In this document: positions 39,001-46,801 of the stretch, one piece after another
Layout of the letters: each line of letters starts with the position of its first letter
Position numbering within the stretch: the first letter of the stretch is position 1
Assembly: GCA_049968235.1 (NCBI GenBank)
Contig: JBMFRC010000011.1
Location: forward strand, 32,001 to 96,000
Origin: Candidatus Hydrogenedens sp.
Lineage (GTDB): Bacteria; Hydrogenedentota; Hydrogenedentia; Hydrogenedentales; Hydrogenedentaceae
DNA length: 64,000 nucleotides
Direction of reading: 5' to 3'
Program-made: the position numbers and the translations under genes
The notes under the pieces: generated by a model
What the model was told of the DNA's origin: nothing
The model's input: only the letters and a program-made list of their open reading frames with translations
Database searches by the model: none

Positions 39001-40826
39001 ACCGTCCACCTGTAATAACTGTCATTGCATCTGAATATCTTGAAATTGGGGCTTCTAATGTTTTAGATGCTTCTTTAAGTTATGACCCGGATGGAGATGA
39101 GCTTTCCTTTAACTGGAAACTTATCGATAAGCCCAAACAAAGTAAAACGGAATTAAATAGCGATAACGAATCTATTTGTTCCTTTATACCCGATTATCCA
39201 GGATACTATTCTATTGAATTACTTGTCTCAGACCCATATTCTTCTGTATCTCGTTCCGAAATCGTTCTCCGAACCTTTAATCTTCCACCGATAGCAATCA
39301 TATCTGCACCTCAAATAATAAAAGTGGGAGATGAAGTAGTATTAGATGGGACAAACAGTTATGACCCGGATGGAGATTTGATTACATACCAATGGCAATT
39401 ATCTTTTCGCCCTAATGATAGTCAAACTACTTTAAGTTCATTAACAGAACCTATAACACAATTGTATATTGATAAAGCGGGAACTTATACTATCGAACTT
39501 CAAGTCAACGATGGAAAAACGACATCGGATATAAGTACTATCTCCCTCTCAACAGGAAATGTTGCCCCTACTGCTGTCGTGGAAAAAGATAAAAATGCTG
39601 TTGTGGGAAGACCATGTTATCTCGATGCAAGCGCCAGTTTTGACCCTAATAACGATGAGTTAGTTTACATCTGGACATTCATATCCCGACCTGATGGAAG
39701 TCAGGCAGAAATTTTTGAAACGAATTCCCCCAATCCTTACTTCATACCCGATGTCGAAGGTAATTACGAAATACAATTAATTATTTCTGATGGGTACCTG
39801 TTTAGTAAACCTGTTGTTATCCGTATTAGTACCACAAACAATCCTCCAGTAGCACAATTAAAACAAGATGAGTTCCAAGTATATGTGGGGGATACTGTTA
39901 TTATTGACGGTTCAGATAGTTATGACATAGATAATACTTCTATTTACTATGAATGGATATTATTCTCAAAACCTGAAGATAGTAAACTCACAATTCAAAA
40001 TGCTGACCAACCTATTATTACATTAAACATAGACAAAAAAGGGTTCTATCAGGGAACTCTTGTTGTTAATGATGGATTTTTAAGAAGTAATATAGTAAAT
40101 TTCCAGATTACATGTATAAATCATCCTCCTATTGCTATTATCAAAGGACCTGAAACTGCATTTATTGGAGATACAATAACCCTGGATGGCTCGGATAGTT
40201 ACGATTCTGACATGGATGTATCTGAATTAGGGTATAAGTGGTCTATTGTTTCGATGCCAACAGGGAGTTCTGTTACACTGTTAAATCCAAACTTAAAAGT
40301 TATTAATTTTATGGTGGACATAGACGGAGTTTATGAATTTCAACTTATTGTAAATGACCAGGAAACCGATAGTAGCCCCGTAACTCACAAGATAATTACA
40401 ACCTGTAATAAACCTGCACATCCATCAGGGGTTTATGCAACCGATGGAATTTACCCTGACAGGATATTTATTTCATGGAATTCTTCACCGGGGGCTGTGG
40501 AATATCGTGTTTATAGAAATGATGAAGATAACCTTGCCTCTGCCGTCCCTATATCACCATGGACAGGTAACCTTTATTATGAAGACACAATAACTATAGA
40601 TGTTCCGGAACCCAGTAAAACTGCTTGTGGATGTTCTGCTAATTGCAATGAAATGTGCAATCCTCTGGAAACAACCATAACGAAATTTTATTGGGTCATT
40701 GCAAGAATTAATGAAAACTGCGTCAGCGAATTTAGTAATTCGGAAAGTGGTTCTATTACGGTTTCTTCTTCCAATCAAAAGTTACCGAACTTTATTTGCA
40801 ATATTTTAAGAATTTTCATGAAGTAA
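33009..40826 (+). CDS. Giant secreted/surface adhesin-like protein (2605 aa): signal peptide, (GEGxIEGEG)n linker, CARDB-like domain, long middle region, 11 tandem PKD-like ~93-aa repeats, C-terminal FN3-like domain
   Basis: Start at ATG 33009 ahead of a hydrophobic signal. EGEGIVEGEGQIEGEGIIEGEGSIE linker. CARDB-like segment LTLLSGIVTPSNPF...NTGFVNIDN...WSDCFYLSNDEWLD. Repeats share A.AG.D..........LDGS.S.DPDGD...Y.W..ISKP.GS. C-terminal Fn3-like GAVEYRVYRND. Confidence 0.75.
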   Translation: MKDLSLIYKMIGKKNSYSFLFSLLIFFFLFICSGFSEVNTGQKTVEKQGILNITQSLSQNPDCAIDSFLDVTVELTYTGEDPLLTLGLREIVPEGLVYEEIISGSAPPLQPSRGAFGTLEFGWIFVPSFPASFTFRLRFAQPISGNQFITGIGIFASFGDPQETEPVISYFDCPTIEGQTEGEGIVEGEGQIEGEGIIEGEGSIETVYLNISSKSGDIYAPEQEMEFEVNISYLNPLEITALGATVFLPEYWQFVKFTAGSPPPIYYFDTETGKAEFAWIFLPSGGITFSFSVLVSPETEGIQEISGYGIYRTTGEPITTTISKIYLTPVPKPDLTLLSGIVTPSNPFSQGIISINYTAKNTGFVNIDNKSWSDCFYLSNDEWLDETDVEITCITNNTSVAVGGQYSNSLKAKLPSSAFGNMYLLAYLNKTKTIYEESRDNNVGVIGIIQIQAREYDFRLTTGITEEDVGTPIPIKIYAYNPETLQPAVNKQIVLQIAHRGFSKTYTFTTDQNGEINYTYFPISNTEGGIYSISIRDPREEDYPITEEVLLRGLAITPSHYFLEVIPNKTYTIPFNIINLGDTEEKQLSFMITGIPPDWNYDYVIPSSIQGQSKETCKLILYSKPTTQNSFPIMLNLQSNSKTLATAQYDILPKPYQTVITSIPEEVSLPLLLEKTQFYTIELKNQGGKDSGPARIQIEPENPNIHLVTPNTVYNIPAGSSYFVSLQVGIPFIEIPEPIETSLSIRFESGLNVSIPIKVIEDTTKSLTINVFNKYTNEAIHNASVSIVSETGILSTSQINNDGIVEVNNLPEPPFSIVILSEGFESQTYFISNLKSNHEMIDIYLEPFLSKQFWSYTIDNNQKLYLLSVSNSSALEPDNTSVLTISPGYIPFITTEISHNSTLSITNQGIKPLYDVYLYPFQTDLLNIQYPVQYLGTIEPQSSVNIPVLSQISESFDFDSSCSSSILTGIIFSEQTNNSDISQFMVMPLWNTEVLCPDFTPIYGDFYQINRINPDTTIVPVNIQISLPDNQSNQNVPILSYATGQMTLATGEILPIVMKTATRTGLYEQIDIQWQIHNAENNEDITSLFQIFELSNFEKTDLFNNIEKKQWLLYPLHEFWENPISEIRLFAQIHIISLLGTWDISSPPLPLKILSQPILMEHIFAPQIHELQISSSADNSGETVLPLAILISPTDNINLPIKFEWENIQYLHETGNIASLSLIQTAINGIGTQYQQITYNNISLQKEKTNSYLWYFLSPPLSNKWQLVSRWTYKDNKGTLLPLITREQYHDLLHTIEVTGENASITTGLLSNDDNDEQRIPDIIYLPDGKTLSISTPSNPIWVSINNSHREYGIVYSSSQQSDYVYLHSNFPEDVPEDAVILRILRSDSTVIPSANYWVSKSMNMSHKHDPVKPSLHFVDKSGYNSYIVEFQSESLENKPPIANAGEDITNVYRPSSITLDGSGSYDPNGDRINYSWRLISKPLESFEYLRNADTANPILIPDLPGTYIAQLIVSDGFAQSEPDTVVIEVVNRLPEIVINAQQKARPRDIVVLDASSVVDPDGDEIEFLWKLATKPDGSRVSLQGVFNNTITITPDVLGQYEFILYISDGFDNSFAHWKLDVYNHLPEIAIGFPPTVYLNTNVSISARDTFDIDNDPLSYQWRLVSAPVGSNTILSSFTQPETSFVSDKRGTYTLKLEVFDTYEKTDKTISLQCVNRKPQTIVNPSAIEVPHGKTVIFDATQSSDLDNDPLTFNWGLLSRPILSSAEIYLIQNNIAGLKTDAPGKYSVTLQINDGFESGEIVISQITATNNPPEIQCPEQPIPGSVGQPLTILLPEINDPEQDPITYSWEIISKPVESMIGLINSVEPAFTFTPDRKGTYEIQVIISDAWGGNTSCVITTEITNQRPVAVIQSETQSFINTPVSLSAESSYDPDGDVIKDYQWTIISKPQGSFAQLSNPTGVTTQLIPDKHGNYQVQLQIYDGNMWSNPAITTITTENRPPVITVIASEYLEIGASNVLDASLSYDPDGDELSFNWKLIDKPKQSKTELNSDNESICSFIPDYPGYYSIELLVSDPYSSVSRSEIVLRTFNLPPIAIISAPQIIKVGDEVVLDGTNSYDPDGDLITYQWQLSFRPNDSQTTLSSLTEPITQLYIDKAGTYTIELQVNDGKTTSDISTISLSTGNVAPTAVVEKDKNAVVGRPCYLDASASFDPNNDELVYIWTFISRPDGSQAEIFETNSPNPYFIPDVEGNYEIQLIISDGYLFSKPVVIRISTTNNPPVAQLKQDEFQVYVGDTVIIDGSDSYDIDNTSIYYEWILFSKPEDSKLTIQNADQPIITLNIDKKGFYQGTLVVNDGFLRSNIVNFQITCINHPPIAIIKGPETAFIGDTITLDGSDSYDSDMDVSELGYKWSIVSMPTGSSVTLLNPNLKVINFMVDIDGVYEFQLIVNDQETDSSPVTHKIITTCNKPAHPSGVYATDGIYPDRIFISWNSSPGAVEYRVYRNDEDNLASAVPISPWTGNLYYEDTITIDVPEPSKTACGCSANCNEMCNPLETTITKFYWVIARINENCVSEFSNSESGSITVSSSNQKLPNFICNILRIFMK
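37320..40420 (+). repeat. Array of 11 diverged tandem ~280-bp units encoding PKD-like Ig-fold domains
   Basis: Protein-level periodicity read directly from the translation. The units are diverged at DNA level. Confidence 0.7.
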
Positions 40827-41204
40827 TTTTAGTTATAGAGAATTTGATAGGCTTATAGTCTATATATTTTGGTAATGCGATATTAATTTCAATATAAAAA
40901 ATGAGATGCAATAGATGAGTAAAAAGAGTCTGATATAATAGAAGAGATAATTCTATACTTTGCCTATAAATCAGCAGAAAATACATCTCTTCTGGAATTA
41001 ATTTCGAAGAACACGGATGGGATAAATGGGAAAAAAGTGTGTAGCAGGGAAAAATTTTTTAGGATATAGGTTAAAAAAAATTGTTCCTTTTATTTTTTGC
41101 AATGAGGTTTCTTTTATTGTTTATAATATAACTGTTAGATATTAAACTGTTTTAATAGAAGGTAAATTTATACGATTAAAGCAAGAGCAGGCAAAGGAAA
41201 CCTT

Positions 41205-41810
41205 TTGTTAGGTATCGGAGCCACATTAATTTTGCGATTATTGGGGTGGAGAGTACAGGGACCGCCTCCTCCCTATCCGAAATATGTTGTGATTTTTGCT
41301 CCCCATACATCAAACTGGGATGGATTGGTAGGGATTTTGTGTAGTTTTGCATTACGGGTTCGTGGAAACTGGCTGGGTAAAGGTTCATTATTCAAAGGTG
41401 TTTTTGGATGGTTTTTAAAAAAGATCGGAGGAATTCCTGTAGACCGTTCTACACCCAACCGATTCGTAGAACAGGCTGAAGAACTTTTTGAAGGAAATGA
41501 ACAGGTGGTCCTTGCAATTGCTCCTGAAGGGACAAGGGAATTCAGTAACCATTGGAAAAGTGGTTTTTATCATATCGCCTATCATTCCAGAGTTCCTATT
41601 GTTCTCGGATTCTGGGATTATAGGACCAAAAGAGTTGGAAATTCCGGTATTGCAGTAATGCCAACAGGAAATATTGAAGAAGATTTAAAGATTATTCGCG
41701 ACACATATAATCAATTTTTACCGAAATATCCTGAATGTAGAAGCCTTGTTCAGTTCAAAGACACACAAATCCTGCAAATAAACAAAGCATCCCAACAAGA
41801 CCGCAAATAA
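41205..41810 (+). CDS. PlsC-like lysophospholipid acyltransferase family protein
   Basis: HTSNWD matches the H(X)4D acyltransferase motif. PEGTRE matches the second conserved block. 201 aa. Confidence 0.6.
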   Translation: MLGIGATLILRLLGWRVQGPPPPYPKYVVIFAPHTSNWDGLVGILCSFALRVRGNWLGKGSLFKGVFGWFLKKIGGIPVDRSTPNRFVEQAEELFEGNEQVVLAIAPEGTREFSNHWKSGFYHIAYHSRVPIVLGFWDYRTKRVGNSGIAVMPTGNIEEDLKIIRDTYNQFLPKYPECRSLVQFKDTQILQINKASQQDRK

Positions 41811-41890
41811 AAATTTGTAAAATTGCTATCATTTTTGTAATATTACTCATAAACATAAAATTCAATAAAAACAATTAAAGGGTATGAGAT

Positions 41891-42691
41891 ATGGGAACAT
41901 TATCCTGTCCTTTCTGCAAAACAAAACAAGGTAATATTCAAAACGACATTAAAGCCTCGATTTACTTAAAGGCGGTATTACCAACTCTTGTTGACCTCGT
42001 TCAGTTAGATAAACCTGCAAAAGATTTAATTAACTCTGTAAACGAGAAGATACTCTTTTCGCTCCGAAATGGAGAAAAAACCTTTTTGAGGATTGAAAAT
42101 GGAGAGATTTTATATTCTCCTGAAAAAAAGGATAATCCAACTATCCATATTCTTCTTATAAGCCCGGAACATGCGGTTCAAGTTTTTGAACAAGGGAAAC
42201 TTCCTTTCTTATTAAAAGGTTTTACACGAATTTCTTTTCTTAAGAAAAATTTTGATGCTCTTACCAAACGATTGGAGTATTACTTAAAAGGTCCCCAAAG
42301 TTATACAGAAGAAGAGAAAAAAATATATGCGATACTTCAACTTAAAACCGCTCTTCGTTCTGCGGAAGTTCTTGCCGAAAAAGAGGAAGTATCTAAAAAG
42401 ATACTTGCAGGTACACCTGAGGGCATATTAAAAGTAGCCATAGAAAGCATTGATTTTGCTGTATATTTTGGGAAAGTAGACGGGAAATGGAGATATATAG
42501 ACCAACTATCGGGACAGAAATTTAATTCGGTATTAAGCTTAAAGGACCTTGAAACAACAGAACTTTTGCTTACAAACAAACTGGATACATTTGCAGGTTT
42601 AGGATTAGGGAAAATTCATATTTCCGGCATTATACCCATTATTGATAATGTAGGACTGGTTTTAGGGCGTATTACTCAATATATTTCTTAA
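41891..42691 (+). CDS. SCP2-like domain protein (paralog of 45878..46657)
   Basis: The N-terminal ~130 aa aligns with the downstream paralog: AVLP..., RNGE.T, F..GKL.LP..KGF...S.L. The GKL...KG pattern resembles the SCP2 sterol-carrier fold. Confidence 0.4.
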   Translation: MGTLSCPFCKTKQGNIQNDIKASIYLKAVLPTLVDLVQLDKPAKDLINSVNEKILFSLRNGEKTFLRIENGEILYSPEKKDNPTIHILLISPEHAVQVFEQGKLPFLLKGFTRISFLKKNFDALTKRLEYYLKGPQSYTEEEKKIYAILQLKTALRSAEVLAEKEEVSKKILAGTPEGILKVAIESIDFAVYFGKVDGKWRYIDQLSGQKFNSVLSLKDLETTELLLTNKLDTFAGLGLGKIHISGIIPIIDNVGLVLGRITQYIS

Positions 42692-42711
42692 ATCATAAAG
42701 GAGTTGTATTT

Positions 42712-43950
42712 ATGCAAGTTTTCAACTATACCGAAAATCAAAAATGGTTTGAAAGAGCAACTCGTGTTATTCCCTGTGGAGTATATGGACATTTCAGTCC
42801 TGCTCCATGTGTTCCGACGAATGCCTATCCTTTCTTTAGCACTCGTGCAGATGGTTGTAAATTCTGGGATGTAGATGGAAACGAATTTATTGATTACATG
42901 TGTGCTTATGGTCCTATGATTATGGGGTATCACAATCCTGTGGTAGATGAAGCATTTATAAAACAATTGAAACAAGCGGATGCAAATAGTATTGCTTCTA
43001 CCAAAATGGTGGAGTTGGCAGAGTTTTTAGTTGATTTAATTCCTGTAGCAGATTGGGCATTTTTTGCTAAGAATGGAGCGGATGTAACAAATTATGCAGT
43101 GATGATAGCACGGGCAGAAACAGGCAGGAAAAAAATTATTGCTATAAAGGGTGGGTATCATGGAACAGCACCCTGGATGCAGGGAATTGGTCATCCCGGG
43201 GTTACAGAAGAAGATGTAGTTAATGTCATTCGAATTCCATGGAATGACCTGAAAGCATTGGAACAAGCACTGGAAGAAAACTATGGACAGGTTGCTGGCT
43301 TTATTTCTTCTCCATATCATCACCCTGTATTTACAGATAATGAGTATCCTGCAGAAGGTTACTGGGATGGTGTTCAGAAGTTATTAAAGAAACATGGTGT
43401 TGTTTTAATCTGCGATGATGTTCGTGCAGGTTTTCGACTTCATTTAGGGGGTTCTAACGAATATTTTAAGTTCAAACCTGACCTGATATGTTTTTGTAAA
43501 GCTATTGCCAATGGCTATCCGATATCTGCACTTGTGGGCAAAGAAGAATTAAAAGTAACAGCATCGAAGGTATTTCATACCGGCAGTTATTGGTATTCTG
43601 CTGCATTTATGTCTGCTGCCATAGCCAACCTTAATGAATTAAAAAGACTAAAGGCACCGGAATATCTGGAACAATTGGGGAACAAATTTAATGAAGGACT
43701 AATTAAATTAGCAAGAGATTATGGATTTAATTTGAAAGTTACAGGGCATCCTGCAATGGCATATTATCGGATTACAGATGACCCGAGTTTACAACTTCAT
43801 CAAAGATGGTGTGCGGAATGCACACGACGGGGTGCTTTTTTCACTTCACACCACAATTGGTTCTTATCGATGGCGCACACGGATGCGGACATTCAAAAAA
43901 CATGGGAAATTTGCGAGGAAGCATTTAAGGTAATAAAATCATCTATATAA
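42712..43950 (+). CDS. Class-III (HemL/GSA-aminomutase-like) PLP-dependent aminotransferase
   Basis: KIIAIKGGYHGTAPW matches the GxYHG signature. DDVRAGFR PLP-binding region. 412 aa. Confidence 0.8.
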   Translation: MQVFNYTENQKWFERATRVIPCGVYGHFSPAPCVPTNAYPFFSTRADGCKFWDVDGNEFIDYMCAYGPMIMGYHNPVVDEAFIKQLKQADANSIASTKMVELAEFLVDLIPVADWAFFAKNGADVTNYAVMIARAETGRKKIIAIKGGYHGTAPWMQGIGHPGVTEEDVVNVIRIPWNDLKALEQALEENYGQVAGFISSPYHHPVFTDNEYPAEGYWDGVQKLLKKHGVVLICDDVRAGFRLHLGGSNEYFKFKPDLICFCKAIANGYPISALVGKEELKVTASKVFHTGSYWYSAAFMSAAIANLNELKRLKAPEYLEQLGNKFNEGLIKLARDYGFNLKVTGHPAMAYYRITDDPSLQLHQRWCAECTRRGAFFTSHHNWFLSMAHTDADIQKTWEICEEAFKVIKSSI

Positions 43951-43982
43951 TATTAAAAAGATTTGTAGAGGAGTAATCAATT

Positions 43983-44828
43983 ATGCCCTTAACAGAACTG
44001 GAACACAAAGAACTTAAAACTATTGCAAAAAAGATAAGAAAGGACATTGTAGATGTTACCCATTGGTCAGGAGGAAGTCATATCGGTGGGTCTTTAAGCA
44101 TGGTGGATTTTATGGTTGTTCTTTACTGGAAATATATGCGAATAGATCCTAAAAATCCATCGTGGGAAGACAGAGACCGTCTGGTATTGAGTAAAGGACA
44201 TGGAGGTGTAGGACATGCTGTTATCCTTGCAAATCGTGGTTATTTTGATTTTGAACTATTAAAAGAATTCAATCAATTTGGTTCTGCTTTTGGTATGCAT
44301 TTAGATTCTAAAAAAGCCACCGGAGTTGAAGCCTCTACGGGTTCTATGGGGCATGGTCTTTCTCAGGCACTGGGCATGGCTTTAGGAGCCCGGGTATTAA
44401 AAAAAGATTGGAAAATTTACGCCGTTATTGGTGATGGTGAGTGTAATGAAGGTTCCATCTGGGAGTCAGCTATGGCTGCAAGTCATTATAAGACTGGCAA
44501 CCTTATTGGCTTTTTAGACCGTAACCATATGATGATTGATGGACCCACGGAGTCGGTTATGAGTCTGGAACCCATTGATAAGAAATGGGAAGCATTCGGT
44601 TGGTATACACAGGTCATTAATGGCCATGATATGTCCCAGATATGCGATGCCATTGATAAAGCACTCGCTTATAACGAAGGACCTTCCATGATTATATGTG
44701 ATACTATCAAAGGCAAAGGTGTCGATTTCATGGAAAACAATCCGGCATGGCATTATGGCGGACTTAATGCTGAACAAGCGGAAAAAGCAAAACTTTCTAT
44801 AGATAAAATGTATCCAGATGTCTCATAA
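43983..44828 (+). CDS. Transketolase, N-terminal (thiamine-diphosphate-binding) subunit
   Basis: GHGGVGHAVILANRGYF and the GDG(X)n-N TPP-binding motif IGDGECNEGSIWE. 281 aa is typical of split transketolases. Confidence 0.85.
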   Translation: MPLTELEHKELKTIAKKIRKDIVDVTHWSGGSHIGGSLSMVDFMVVLYWKYMRIDPKNPSWEDRDRLVLSKGHGGVGHAVILANRGYFDFELLKEFNQFGSAFGMHLDSKKATGVEASTGSMGHGLSQALGMALGARVLKKDWKIYAVIGDGECNEGSIWESAMAASHYKTGNLIGFLDRNHMMIDGPTESVMSLEPIDKKWEAFGWYTQVINGHDMSQICDAIDKALAYNEGPSMIICDTIKGKGVDFMENNPAWHYGGLNAEQAEKAKLSIDKMYPDVS

Positions 44829-44861
44829 AAATTAACCCATTATATTGATAGGAGAAGTAAT

Positions 44862-45878
44862 ATGAGCCCTGTGGGAGGTTTAACATGGACGGTATATGAT
44901 GCCGACAAAATGACCCAAGCAGAAACATACGGACTTGTTTTAAGTGAATTGGGGAAAATAAACCCCAAAATAGTAGGTCTTTCCGCAGACTTAGCCAAGT
45001 CCACTAAAATTGGGAAGTTTGGAGAGAAATTTCCAGAGCGTTTTTTTAATTTAGGTATAGCGGAACAAAATATGTTTGGTGTAGCGGCAGGTTTAGCTAA
45101 AGTAGGACTTTTACCTTTTGTCTCTACATTTTCAGTTTTTGCATCCATGCGTGCAGTAGAATTTTTAAGAACTGATATTTGCTATCAGAATTTAAATGTA
45201 AAAATTATAGCAACGCATGGTGGAACCTCCTTTGGTTCTGCGGGGACAACGCACCATTCTATAGAAGACCTTTCTATTATCCGTGCTATCCCTAATATAC
45301 AACTTATTGTGCCTGCAGATGCGGTTGAAACAGCATTAGCGGTTCAGGCATGTGTGGAAGTTGAAGGTCCTGTATATATACGAATTGGACGCAGTTTCGA
45401 ACCTCGTGTGTATCAAACAGACCAATACGGGTTTCAAATTGGTAAAGCGGTAGAAATGAAATCTGGCACAGATGTAACGGTTATAGCTTGTGGTGCAGTT
45501 GTTTACCATGCTGTAGAAGCGGCGAATATCCTGGAACGGGAAGATGGTATATCGGTTCGCGTCTTAAATATGCACACCATCAAACCCATTGACCGTGAAG
45601 CCATTTTGAAAGCACTTATGGAAACACGAAGGATTGTTACTTTTGAAGACCATAATGTTATTGGTGGTTTAGGTAGTGCGGTAAGTGAAGTAATTGCAGA
45701 AAGTGGGAAATCGTGTGCATTTACTAAGGTAGGGATACCCGACCAGTTCACACCTCACGGTTATCCTGAGGATTTGATGCATTATTATAAAATTGATACA
45801 GATGGTATTGTAGAAAAGGTTAGAGAATTGCTTGGAAAGGAATTTGAAAAAGAAGAAGACTGGGAGGATGAATACTAA
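44862..45878 (+). CDS. Transketolase, C-terminal (pyrimidine-binding) subunit
   Basis: FNLGIAEQNMFGVAAGLA and the C-terminal transketolase domain. 338 aa. Its stop overlaps the next start as TAATG. Confidence 0.85.
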   Translation: MSPVGGLTWTVYDADKMTQAETYGLVLSELGKINPKIVGLSADLAKSTKIGKFGEKFPERFFNLGIAEQNMFGVAAGLAKVGLLPFVSTFSVFASMRAVEFLRTDICYQNLNVKIIATHGGTSFGSAGTTHHSIEDLSIIRAIPNIQLIVPADAVETALAVQACVEVEGPVYIRIGRSFEPRVYQTDQYGFQIGKAVEMKSGTDVTVIACGAVVYHAVEAANILEREDGISVRVLNMHTIKPIDREAILKALMETRRIVTFEDHNVIGGLGSAVSEVIAESGKSCAFTKVGIPDQFTPHGYPEDLMHYYKIDTDGIVEKVRELLGKEFEKEEDWEDEY

Positions 45879-46657
45879 TGGTGGAAAATGAAAAGGATAT
45901 TTTAATTTCAAAAATCATCTTACGAGCGGTTCTACCTGTTATAAAGGTATTATTAGAAGACCATCCTGCATTTCAGAAACGGTTTAAGGATGTTCAAGGC
46001 ACGGTTCAATTTACAGCCCGAAATGGGGAACAAACCGCTGGAGCCTGTATAAAATTTGATAAGTTAAATTTTGAAATATCTTATGAATTGTTAGAAAAAC
46101 CGGATATAAGTTTTCATTTTAGTTCATTGAAAAAGATGAATGATTTTTTTACAGGCAAATTAGTTTTACCTAAAATTAAAGGGTTTAAAAATTTCTCTTT
46201 ACTGTGGAGAATGTTTAGTGTTCTTTTGAAATTAAAATTACTTATGCCGGATGCCAGGCCTAAAAATCCGGTCGATAAAAGAATTAAAGTTAAAATGACT
46301 TTATACATGGTGTCAACTGCTTTAAGTCAGTTAAACAAATCCGGTGATGTTGATATGGTCAAGTGGACATCAAAACAGCCGGAACGAATATATCAGTGGT
46401 CCGTAGATAACGAAGATATTGCATGCTGGCTGAAAATCAAAGCGGGACAATCCAAAGCAGGAAGGGGGTATTATACTTTACGAAAGCCGTTTGTCCACAT
46501 GCGTTTTCCGGATATAGACTCTGCGATACCTGTATTAACAAACTCCGTAGATACGGTTCAAGCCATGGCACAGGGCTTACTAATCACGGAAGGTTCCCCG
46601 GAGTATGCAGCAAAGTTGGGTGATTTTATGTTAAAAATAGCCGAATTGCTAACATAA
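45878..46657 (+). CDS. SCP2-like domain protein (paralog of 41891..42691)
   Basis: Aligns with the upstream paralog across the N-terminal half. Translationally coupled to the transketolase C subunit. Confidence 0.4.
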   Translation: MVENEKDILISKIILRAVLPVIKVLLEDHPAFQKRFKDVQGTVQFTARNGEQTAGACIKFDKLNFEISYELLEKPDISFHFSSLKKMNDFFTGKLVLPKIKGFKNFSLLWRMFSVLLKLKLLMPDARPKNPVDKRIKVKMTLYMVSTALSQLNKSGDVDMVKWTSKQPERIYQWSVDNEDIACWLKIKAGQSKAGRGYYTLRKPFVHMRFPDIDSAIPVLTNSVDTVQAMAQGLLITEGSPEYAAKLGDFMLKIAELLT

Positions 46658-46801
46658 AACATTGTAAAAAATTATTTAATTTTTTCTGAATAAACATCCT
46701 TTCATATCTTACTTTGTCCATTATTCTTCAAGTTGTAAATTCCATTTTAAAATCAATACTATAATTACACTTTTTACTTAAACTTCAATTTATTTTTAAA
46801 G

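Noticed and set aside
37320-40420. CRISPR array or DNA-level tandem repeat
   Set aside because: The periodicity is at protein level, in diverged ~280-bp units encoding PKD-like domains. There are no short identical direct repeats with unique spacers and no cas genes.
40827-41204. 378-bp AT-rich intergenic region as a possible ncRNA, tRNA or mobile-element remnant
   Set aside because: It has no tRNA-like GC-rich arms, inverted terminal repeats or conserved riboswitch-like motif. It is most simply a promoter/leader region for the downstream cassette after the giant gene.
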